A stretch of DNA of 9,574 nt from Candidatus Baldrarchaeota archaeon (GTDB taxonomy: Archaea; Asgardarchaeota; Baldrarchaeia; Baldrarchaeales; DXJG01), in NCBI GenBank assembly GCA_016840485.1, contig JAEOSG010000096.1, positions 1 through 9,574 of the forward strand, in the 5' to 3' direction. The notes under the pieces were generated by a model. The model worked only from the letters and a program-made list of their open reading frames with translations. It searched no databases and was not told where the DNA came from. The translations under genes and the position numbers were made by a program. This document shows, piece by piece, positions 1 through 6,419 of the stretch (positions within the stretch are counted from its first letter, which is position 1; each line of letters begins with the position of its first letter).

Positions 1-305
1 AAATATTTAATTACTATGATGTGTATGAGAATGATTTTGAAATAGGTATTCCTGTTGGCTCATTGGCTGCGCAGTTTGCAGGTTTACCATCTTTCATCGA
101 ACCAGTAGTAAAAGGGCTTTGCATATCCCTCTCATGGGGTGAAACAGCCACACGCTACGTAAATGGCGGTCTACAGAACCATGGTGATTACCCTGCGGGG
201 TACGATATTTGGGAGCGGATATATGTTAGGGTTAGTAAATACCAGTATACTTATGGAAACTACGAGTTTAAGGTACCAGCAGGAATATACTTCGGATGCT
301 GGTAA
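1..305 (+). CDS. C-terminal fragment of a hypothetical protein (5' end outside the window)
   Basis: The frame of the listed 21..305 ORF has no stop between nt 3 and the GTG at 21, so it is probably the tail of a longer gene. The tail is Tyr/Gly/Trp-rich and ends ...AGIYFGCW*. No family recognised. It is followed by T5 (306-310) and T6 (325-330). Confidence 0.5.
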   Translation, partial: IFNYYDVYENDFEIGIPVGSLAAQFAGLPSFIEPVVKGLCISLSWGETATRYVNGGLQNHGDYPAGYDIWERIYVRVSKYQYTYGNYEFKVPAGIYFGCW

Positions 306-370
306 TTTTTACCTAAAACTTTTATTTTTTAAGTTGTTAAATTTTAAAATAGTGTTAATAATTTAAAAAT
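306..370. terminator. A/T-rich spacer between convergent genes with oligo-T tracts on both strands
   Basis: T5 at 306-310 and T6 at 325-330 lie on the + strand after the edge ORF. A5 at 365-369 (T5 on the - strand) lies about 40 nt after the cofD stop (TAG, 410..408). Oligo-T is the usual archaeal termination signal. No strong hairpin seen. Confidence 0.35.
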
Positions 371-407
371 TGAAACATAAATCATTACGGTGCATCAAAT
401 GGTGTTA

Positions 408-1334
408 CTACAGCTCTAAAAGCTTAAAAGTTTCTTTTGCAAGTTTAATTTTACTTTCTAATGTTCTCATTATGGTATCTGTTACGTGTACTTTTATTCC
501 AATTTCTTCTATTTTAGGTTTTAAGTCTCTATCAACGTTGTCAATAACGAGTGTGTCAAGGAAGTCTTTGTAGATTTTTGCTATTCCTAGGGCTGAGACC
601 TCGATGCCTAAGCCTTGCATTAACTTGTCTGCGGGTCCCTTTATTGGGGCTCCTCTAACAATGGGGCTGATAGCTACGATTTTCGCTTTAGTTTTCTTCA
701 AGGCTTCTTTTACACCTTTAATAGAGAGAATGGGGCCTATACTTACAATGGGGTTGCTTGGACATATAATAATTCCATCAGCATTTAATATTGCTTCAAT
801 TACTCCTGGAGCTGGTTCAGCTCTTTCTATTCCTTCAAACTTCACATCTAAAACAGGGTCTTGCGCCTTTCTTTTAACCAAATATTCTTGAAAATGCATT
901 TCACCGACATTAGTAACAATTTTCGTCTGTACTTTGTCATCTGTCATTGGGATAATTTTTACCTTAACTCCTAGGGCTTTTCGAATTTTTTCTGTCACTT
1001 CTGAAAGCTTTAATCCGCTTTTTAACAGTAATGTTCTATGGATATGGGTTGCTAAGTCTTTGTCTCCAAGCATAAACCACGTTTCATAACCATATTTTCT
1101 AAGCATTTCTAAGCAATTGAAGGTGTCCCCGCGTATCCCCCAACCCTTTTCTTCATCAACAATTCCAGCAAGGGTGTAGGTAACTATGTCAACGTCAGGA
1201 GAAATATGTAAACCATAAAATTCTATGTCATCTCCCGTATTAACTATTGTAACAATTTCTTCAGGTGGAACAACGTGAACTAGTCCTTGTAGAAATCTTG
1301 CAGCACCTACTCCTCCAGCTAACGTGGTTATCAT
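408..1334 (-). CDS. cofD: CofD/FbiA, 2-phospho-L-lactate (or enolpyruvyl-diphospho-guanosine) transferase of coenzyme F420 biosynthesis
   Basis: About 308 aa with blocks typical of CofD: LAGGVGAARF, NTGDD, HISPDVD..YTLAG, WGIRGDTF, ETWFMLGDKDLATH..R, ICPSNP. I prefer ATG 1334 to the listed TTG 1349, because GGGAGGG sits 6 nt upstream and the ATG overlaps the upstream stop as TAATG. Confidence 0.9.
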   Translation of the reverse strand: MITTLAGGVGAARFLQGLVHVVPPEEIVTIVNTGDDIEFYGLHISPDVDIVTYTLAGIVDEEKGWGIRGDTFNCLEMLRKYGYETWFMLGDKDLATHIHRTLLLKSGLKLSEVTEKIRKALGVKVKIIPMTDDKVQTKIVTNVGEMHFQEYLVKRKAQDPVLDVKFEGIERAEPAPGVIEAILNADGIIICPSNPIVSIGPILSIKGVKEALKKTKAKIVAISPIVRGAPIKGPADKLMQGLGIEVSALGIAKIYKDFLDTLVIDNVDRDLKPKIEEIGIKVHVTDTIMRTLESKIKLAKETFKLLEL

Positions 1335-1975
1335 TACCAACCCTCCCAATGCAAAACTTCTTCAATAGGTTTTCTCGGTGGAGGTGAAGGCTTCTCGTCT
1401 GGGTAGCCCACTTCTATTAATGCTTGAGGTTCTACATCCTCTGGGATATTTAAAACCTTCCTAACTATGTCCTTTGCGAAGAGAGGGGCACATCTCCAAC
1501 ATGCACCTAAACCCTCAATATGCGCAGCTAACAACAAGTTTTGAATTGCCGCCGCAACACTTTGAACAGCCATTACATACTCCGCTTTTTGCCTCCTCTC
1601 ATCGGGGTACTTATCCATATCACGCATGGTCAAACAAGCAATTATTAAAACTGGTGCACTAACCATTCTTTTAATGGAAGTTTTAACTCTTTCCTCACTC
1701 TCTTCTTTCGAAAAACCATTAGCTAAAAGATCTTCCCTAAATTTTTCACCCATACTTACTGCAAGCTTCTCCTTCATCTTCCCATCCCTTATTATTATGA
1801 AGTGCCATGGTTGAGCATTATGAGCCGATGGAGCCCATATAGCTGCTCTAATTAACCTCAATAAAACCTCTTTTTCAACACTTTTATCCTTGAATTGTCT
1901 AACGGTCCTTCTACCCTCAATCACCCTGTAAAAGTGTTCAATGTCATTCATGGGACATCCATCCCTTCTAAACAT
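1334..1975 (-). CDS. Nitroreductase-fold FMN protein resembling the C-terminal (dehydro-F420-0 reductase) domain of FbiB
   Basis: Nitroreductase hallmarks are present: RRTVRQF, APSAHNAQPW, GLGACW, IEVGYPDE. From memory, the central block (MGEKFREDLLANGF..EERV..., YPDERRQKAEY, AVQSVAAAIQNLLLAA) lines up with the FbiB C-terminal domain. The stop overlaps the cofD ATG by 1 nt. An alternative start is ATG 1951 (MNDIEHFY...), which has TTAATAAAA about 26-35 nt upstream. A TTTAAATT box on the - strand lies at 2018-2025. Confidence 0.7.
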   Translation of the reverse strand: MFRRDGCPMNDIEHFYRVIEGRRTVRQFKDKSVEKEVLLRLIRAAIWAPSAHNAQPWHFIIIRDGKMKEKLAVSMGEKFREDLLANGFSKEESEERVKTSIKRMVSAPVLIIACLTMRDMDKYPDERRQKAEYVMAVQSVAAAIQNLLLAAHIEGLGACWRCAPLFAKDIVRKVLNIPEDVEPQALIEVGYPDEKPSPPPRKPIEEVLHWEGW

Positions 1976-2125
1976 ATTTTATTAAGTGAGTAACTACTTG
2001 AAACTTAGCTAAGACTCAATTTAAAGAATATGGAAGCAAACTCATGAAAACTTGGAAGTTAAACTAATTGAAATAAAATAGAATAGCAATTTTGAACAGC
2101 ATCTGGCTCTATGTTTCAATGCACA

Positions 2126-2683
2126 TTATTTTTTAATGTTTATCAGCATTTCCTTTACGTACTCGACGTTTAGTATTAATGATACTATTATTGCCGAGAT
2201 TATTACTTCTAGGAAGGCTTTTCCAACGATTTGCAACGCAATAACCACCAGAGTTAATTGAAATGGTGCCCCACCGACAACTACAGCCCAGAAAACAATT
2301 GTTAAAACGATATACGGGGCTTCAACAATTTCACCGATTACTGCGCACAACACTGGCCAAAAACTGAGTTTTCTCTCCATTACCCTGAGCTTCTTTGCAA
2401 CTATTCCCGTTACTCCTGCTAGTATAGCGTTTCCAATAGGTATAAATGGTCCAGCGCCTCCAAAAGACCAAATATTGTATGCCATGATTAATGAGCCTAT
2501 GGCTCCCGTTATTGCTCCTTCCAACGGACCGAGCCCCACCGCTAGAAGTAAGTAGGGAAATTGAACTATTTGAAACACTACTGGAACTGGTCCAGGGATA
2601 ACTATTCTAAAGAACGATAGAACATTGCTAAGCGCAGCCATTATAGCTATTAAAGAGAGTGTTTTAACATTAAGTTTCGCCAC
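2126..2683 (-). CDS. Polytopic membrane protein, ECF-transporter S-component-like (substrate unknown)
   Basis: 185 aa with about 5-6 hydrophobic segments. The N-terminus (KTLSLIAIMAALSNVLSFF) and the LLAVGLGPLEGAITGAIGSLI segment follow the usual S-component pattern (RibU/ThiW/QueT-like). GTG start with AAGGTGGA 5-6 nt upstream. No ECF A or T component in the window. Family assignment is by pattern only. Confidence 0.5.
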   Translation of the reverse strand: MAKLNVKTLSLIAIMAALSNVLSFFRIVIPGPVPVVFQIVQFPYLLLAVGLGPLEGAITGAIGSLIMAYNIWSFGGAGPFIPIGNAILAGVTGIVAKKLRVMERKLSFWPVLCAVIGEIVEAPYIVLTIVFWAVVVGGAPFQLTLVVIALQIVGKAFLEVIISAIIVSLILNVEYVKEMLINIKK

Positions 2684-2691
2684 TTTAATCC

Positions 2692-2706
2692 ACCTTTCCC
2701 AAAGGT
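2692..2706 (-). promoter_or_regulatory. Small hairpin in the 5' leader overlapping the SD of the S-component gene
   Basis: The - strand RNA reads ACCUUU-GGG-AAAGGU, a 6-bp stem with a 3-nt loop. The 3' arm overlaps the AAGGUGGA Shine-Dalgarno. Two AACCCTT copies (2713-2719 and 2724-2730, 11 nt phase) lie just upstream. The stem is weak (4 AU + 2 GC). Confidence 0.2.
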
Positions 2707-2874
2707 CTAAGCAACCCTTTTTTAACCCTTAGCTTTAAGTTTTACTACTCATTTTTGAGAAACTTCGATAAACAACTCATCTCAACCTATATTTTACGTT
2801 AAAGTTCGAGACGGGGAACAATTAAATCCTACAAGTACCATTTTAATTATTAATAATATGTGTGAGGGACTTGA

Positions 2875-3336
2875 ATGAGTGTTGAAGAAAAACTCGAAAG
2901 TTTAGGTTTAAGTTTGCCTAAACCACCTAAACCTGTCGCCGCATATATACCCGCTGTAAAAACTGGAAATCTAATTTTCATTTCTGGACAAATTCCTGTA
3001 GTCGAAGGGAAATTGAAATATAAAGGGAAGGTTGGACGAAATCTCAGCGTCGAAGAAGGCTACGAAGCAGCTAAAATCTGCGTATTAAATGCTCTAAGCA
3101 TAATAAAAGATATGATCGGAAGCTTAGATAAGGTTAAACAAATTGTAAGAGTCGTAGGTTACGTTAATTGCTCAGACGACTTTGAGGAACCACATAAAGT
3201 TGTCAATGGAGCTTCTGAACTCTTAGTAAAAATTTTCGGCGAAAAGGGTAGACATGCAAGGCTGGCTCTCGGCTCAAACACGTTGCCTCTCGGAGCCGCC
3301 ATAGAACTAGAAATGATCGTAGAAGTAGAAGAATAA
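2875..3336 (+). CDS. Rid (RidA/YjgF/YER057c/UK114) family protein, putative reactive enamine/imine deaminase
   Basis: 153 aa. The N-terminal LGLSLPKPPKPVAAYIP..GNLIFISGQIP and the C-terminal GRHARLALGSNTLPLGAAIELEMIVEV are typical of the family. The C-terminal block includes an Arg at the position of the catalytic RidA arginine. ATG is preceded by GAGGG 6 nt upstream. Confidence 0.85.
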   Translation: MSVEEKLESLGLSLPKPPKPVAAYIPAVKTGNLIFISGQIPVVEGKLKYKGKVGRNLSVEEGYEAAKICVLNALSIIKDMIGSLDKVKQIVRVVGYVNCSDDFEEPHKVVNGASELLVKIFGEKGRHARLALGSNTLPLGAAIELEMIVEVEE

Positions 3337-3446
3337 CTACATCAACACCATTAAAGTTGCATCATGTTACTTAATTATTCACAAGATACTGGGTAAGCAT
3401 AAAATTAGATGAAAATGCAAGGTACATACCTAAGGGGAGGAAGCTT

Positions 3447-4628
3447 TTGAATGGAAACTCTGATGTTTTAAATTTTGTAATTTCACTTGTAAAAACACCC
3501 AGCTTGCCCGGACAGGAAGGAAAAGTGGCAAAAAAATCTACGATGAAATGAAAAAACTAGAATACGATGAAGTGTTTACCGATGAACTTGGCAGCGTTAT
3601 TGGAATTATTAACGGTAAACGTGGAAAAACTCTTTGCTTTAATGGTCATATGGATCATGTTCCTGAAGGTAATCCAAACAATTGGAAATATCCTCCATAC
3701 AGTGCAACAATTGAAGGTGGCAACCTATATGGTCGTGCTACAGTTGACATGAAAAGCACACTTGCAAGCATGATTTACGCAGCTGCAAAAGCCCGTGACA
3801 AAGAAATGCTAAATGGAAAAATCGTTGTTACAGCGGTGGTTTTCGAGGAGTTACAAGAAGGAATTGCCATGAAAAACATAGTTGAAAACCACAACATAAA
3901 TCCGGACATCGTAGTTTTAGGCGAACCAACAAACCTAAACTTAGCAATAGGACATAGGGGTCGAGCAGAAATAGAAATCACTGTATATGGGAAAACAAGT
4001 CACGCCAGCATGCCTGAGTTAGGCGATAATGCGGTTTTCAAAGCACTACCGCTTTTACAATTTTTAAAAAATATTAATAAAGAAATGCCGGAACACCCTG
4101 TTTTAGGAAAAGAAACCTTAGCTTTAACCAAAATAGTTTCAGAGCCACCAGAAGGCCCTATAATTCCAGATAAGTGTAGAATATTTTTAGATAGAAGAAT
4201 ATCTATCAGTATTATCAACAAAGGAAGAAATCCTTCGAGAAACACAGAAAATTCTAGACTCTATTTCAGATAAATTATCAAAAGACGATGTAAAATATAA
4301 GATTATAGAAACAAAGTTAAAATGTTATACTGGCTATACTCTAAAGGCAGAAAGATTCTTCTACAAATGGGTACTCGATAAAGAGGACCCCCTAGTAAAA
4401 AAGTCGATTAAAGCATTAGAAGAAACAGGTTTATCACCGGAAATAATGATATGGCGATTTGGAACAGATGGTTCATATACAGCCGGGGAAAAGGGGATTC
4501 CAACCATAGGGTTTGGCCCTGGAAATGAATATTTAGCACACCAACCAAATGAACACATTTCAATAAAAGACATACATAAAGCAGTAAACGGCTACATTTC
4601 ATTAACAAAAAACCTATTAGAAACTTAA
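3447..4628 (+). pseudogene. M20 family metallopeptidase/deacylase (YgeY / DapE / ArgE-like) interrupted by two frameshifts
   Basis: Homology runs through three frame segments. Segment A (3447-3536, frame 3) has a TTG start 6 nt after GGGGAGG and encodes (M)NGNSDVLNFVISLVKTPSLPGQEGKVAKK. Segment B (3536 to about 4223, frame 2) encodes IYDEMKKLEYDEV..., HMDHV, GRATVDMK, FEELQEG, GEPT, GHRG and SHASMPELGDNA. Segment C (about 4191-4628, frame 3) encodes ...KEEILRE..., GTDGSY and GFGPGNEYLAHQPNEH, then stops. All metal and catalytic motifs are intact. There are no stops inside a segment's own frame. Reconstructed length is about 393 aa. Confidence 0.75.
3530..3536 (+). other. A7 homopolymer = A_AAA_AAA heptamer at the first M20 frame junction
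   Basis: In the upstream frame the sequence reads gcA AAA AAA tct. A -1 slip, or one extra A, gives ...VAKK-IYDEMKKLEYDEV..., which is the expected M20 N-terminal sequence. The 0-frame stop (TGA 3549-3551) lies 13 nt downstream. I saw no obvious downstream stimulatory hairpin. Confidence 0.4.
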
Positions 4629-4640
4629 TAGACAATAATC

Positions 4641-4645
4641 TTTTT
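4641..4645 (+). terminator. Oligo-T tract after the M20 gene
   Basis: T5 lies 13 nt after the TAA stop at 4626-4628. It is followed by an imperfect hairpin (tgcgt 4651-4655 pairs with acgca 4680-4684, plus an inner aaattt/agattt stem). Confidence 0.3.
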
Positions 4646-4716
4646 AACTGTGCGTAAATTTGTGAATACAAGATTTGAGACGCAATTTACCAAATATCCA
4701 TCTGTTTTCCAAAGTC

Positions 4717-4727
4717 TTAAATATAAA
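4717..4727 (+). promoter_or_regulatory. TATA-like box upstream of vapB
   Basis: TTAAATATAAA is centred about 33 nt upstream of the vapB ATG (4755). GGTGA at 4746-4750 could serve as an SD if it is transcribed. Confidence 0.3.
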
Positions 4728-4737
4728 TTGATCAATT
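4726..4737. promoter_or_regulatory. Perfect 12-bp palindrome AATTGATCAATT, candidate VapB(C) operator
   Basis: The sequence is its own reverse complement. It lies between the TATA-like box and the vapB start, where an autorepressing antitoxin would be expected to bind. Confidence 0.4.
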
Positions 4738-4754
4738 AAATAATTGGTGAAAGC

Positions 4755-5000
4755 ATGTCTAAATATACGTCCATCACAATAAAAAGAGAAGTTAAGGAAA
4801 AACTTGAAAAATTTAAGAAAAATAAGAGCTGGGATGAGTTCTTAATGAATTTATTGAAAGAATATGTGAGGCTTAAAAAAATTGAAGCTGCAAAGAAATT
4901 AGAGAAGTCTTTCACTAAAGAAGAGCTGAAAATCTTAGAAGATGTAATAAAGAGGGAAAAATTAAAATGGAAACTCAAGAAGCCAGAGGAGTTATTCTAG
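4755..5000 (+). CDS. vapB: VapB-type antitoxin (ribbon-helix-helix / COG1753-like)
   Basis: 81 aa. The N-terminus TSITIKREVKEKLEKFKKNKSWDEFLMNLLKE fits the strand-helix-helix pattern of archaeal CopG-like antitoxins. The tail is Lys/Glu-rich. It overlaps the downstream PIN gene by 34 nt. Confidence 0.7.
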   Translation: MSKYTSITIKREVKEKLEKFKKNKSWDEFLMNLLKEYVRLKKIEAAKKLEKSFTKEELKILEDVIKREKLKWKLKKPEELF

Positions 5001-5368
5001 ATACAGATGTCCTCATAGAACTCATAAAGGAAAAAAGGCTAAGCCAAATCATTGAGTTTATTGATCCACGTATAAGCTTTATAACATTATACGAATATCT
5101 GAGAGGATTAAAATATTTAAACAAGGATCTTAAAAAAGAAAAGGAGAAGATCGAAGAAAGCCTAACCATTTTATGGGTTAATAACGAAATATTAATTAAA
5201 ATGAGCGAAATCTGGTTTAAATTGAGAAAGAAAGGAGCAACAATAGATGAGAGAGACCTTTTGATAGGAGCAACAGCAATAACACATAATTTACCATTAT
5301 GGACACTAAATAAAAAACATTTTGCTAGACTAGAAAAATACGGCCTAAAACTTTACAAATCAACATGA
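4967..5368 (+). CDS. vapC: PIN-domain ribonuclease toxin VapC
   Basis: 133 aa. The acidic PIN residues are in the expected order: ILDTDVLIE (Asp), LYEYL (Glu), DERDLLIGATA (Asp), TLNKKHF. GAGGG lies about 10 nt upstream of the ATG. Confidence 0.85.
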   Translation: METQEARGVILDTDVLIELIKEKRLSQIIEFIDPRISFITLYEYLRGLKYLNKDLKKEKEKIEESLTILWVNNEILIKMSEIWFKLRKKGATIDERDLLIGATAITHNLPLWTLNKKHFARLEKYGLKLYKST

Positions 5369-5532
5369 ACAAGAAATCTATTTCACCAAAGGACTATTAA
5401 CTGTATTTTAATTTAACTAGTAAGCTTTTACGTTTCTACAACGTCACGTCGATAAAATAATTAAACATTTCAGTCATAATTAAAACTAAGTTTTATGGGA
5501 ATCTAATAATAGAAGCTATAAAGGTGTATTAT

Positions 5533-6267
5533 TTGAACAAAAAGATACTTGCAACAGTTTTTCTAGTCTTAATAGTTGTAGTAGGTATCTATGCCGCACG
5601 AATGTTCTCAGCTAGTCAAAATAAATATATAATCCCGCTTTCAGATGAAGAAATCGAAAATATCTTAACTCTTCATATAATTGATGAAACCGATGAAGAA
5701 GCTACTCAAGTTGAGGACACACCTCCAGAGCCGGTTAATTATCCGCCAGTTAACATAACAAAGGTTAGTTTTGGAACTGATCAAGGCTATTTATATATAA
5801 AATTTGAGTTTCTAGGAGAAATACCAGTTAAAAAAGAAGATCCAGTAACTAAAATAACCGTTTGTATACTTATGGACACAGACGGCAACGATAGCGCAGG
5901 TTGGTGCGGATATGATGCACTCGTTGGTTTTTATGTCTTCTGGAGTTCACTGACAGACGAACAACACGTCGACGCAATTATGAAATATAATGTGCGTAGC
6001 GTTACAGATGAGGAAGAAGCCTTTAGAACTGCAGATCAGATGCCCGTTGAGTATAAAGGTGGACCAGGAACAAATTACGTAGTACTTCGTGTACCCATGG
6101 ACATTCTTGGCTTACAATCTGGACAACAAATAATTGTAGATATTCATGCAGAGGCAGAAAGCAAAACATATCACCATTATGCTTTTGATGCACTGAGATC
6201 CTCCCTATATGAATATGTCGGATCAGGAAACTATTTCTGGCACTCGCTACAAATACCTATTCCTTAA
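5533..6267 (+). CDS. Hypothetical membrane-anchored or secreted protein
   Basis: The listed ORF starts at GTG 5524, but TTG 5533 has AAGGTG 6 nt upstream and gives (M)NKKILATVFLVLIVVVGIYAA, a signal or anchor helix. This is followed by an acidic linker (DEEIENIL..DETDEEATQVEDTPPEP) and a probably beta-rich domain containing DTDGND and two Cys. No confident family assignment. Confidence 0.65.
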   Translation: MNKKILATVFLVLIVVVGIYAARMFSASQNKYIIPLSDEEIENILTLHIIDETDEEATQVEDTPPEPVNYPPVNITKVSFGTDQGYLYIKFEFLGEIPVKKEDPVTKITVCILMDTDGNDSAGWCGYDALVGFYVFWSSLTDEQHVDAIMKYNVRSVTDEEEAFRTADQMPVEYKGGPGTNYVVLRVPMDILGLQSGQQIIVDIHAEAESKTYHHYAFDALRSSLYEYVGSGNYFWHSLQIPIP

Positions 6268-6419
6268 ATTCACCATTTTGCAATCATTAAATCGGTCAAT
6301 GCCTAGTAGACACGATCTGGATAATTGAAAGTGGAATATTTTTCAGCTACTTTAAGATAATATTTCTTAAGGGTTGGTATCTATATTTTATACAGTTTTG
6401 GGAGTATGGAGGTGTGTTG

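Noticed and set aside
163-366. ORF 163..366 (+), 67 aa
   Set aside because: It is an alternative frame of the edge ORF and runs into the T-rich terminator spacer. The tail is low-complexity (KLLFFKLLNFK). No SD.
370-891. Plus-strand ORFs 370..573 and 604..891
   Set aside because: Both lie entirely antisense to the well-supported cofD gene. Their composition (hydrophobic, Ser/Leu/Ile-rich) is typical of shadow frames. No start signals or motifs.
1474-1814. Plus-strand ORFs 1474..1662 and 1626..1814
   Set aside because: Antisense shadows of the nitroreductase-fold gene, whose own frame carries clear family motifs.
2684-2874. Known riboswitch (TPP, FMN, preQ1, THF, cobalamin) upstream of the S-component gene
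   Set aside because: I looked for the diagnostic cores, such as CUGAGA...ACCUGAUCUGGAUAAUGCCAGCG for TPP and the preQ1-I stem plus A-rich tail. I found only a loose UUGAGA and an A6 run. There is no convincing match by eye, and a covariance-model scan would be needed.
3548-4273. Treating 3548..4273 and 4446..4628 as two independent intact genes
   Set aside because: M20 homology continues upstream of 3548 in another frame (LVKTPSLPGQEGKVAKK) and from about 4191 to 4445 in the frame of the last piece (KEEILRE...KAERFFYKW...). These are fragments of one gene, not separate genes.
3567-4671. ORF 3567..3752 (+) and minus-strand ORFs 3775..3981, 4000..4245, 4361..4573 and 4408..4671
   Set aside because: All overlap the M20 homology region in non-homologous frames. 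They have no recognisable motifs or ribosome-binding sites. They are explained as frame shadows of an AT-rich gene.
4651-4684. Imperfect hairpin after the M20 gene as an sRNA or operator
   Set aside because: The stem is interrupted (5 bp, a 3-nt bulge, then 6 bp with one GU) and follows an oligo-T tract. It is most simply part of the termination region. It is mentioned under the terminator feature only.
4736-5169. Minus-strand ORFs 4736..4978 and 4975..5169
   Set aside because: Ser/Phe/Leu-rich mirror images of the Lys/Glu-rich vapB and vapC coding sequences. Antisense artefacts.
6350-6372. Inverted repeat CTTTAAGA-N7-TCTTAAGG upstream of the dehydratase promoter
   Set aside because: It is short and almost entirely A/T, and is built from two self-palindromic CTTAAG hexamers. 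Such a repeat is expected by chance in AT-rich spacers. I have no supporting context.
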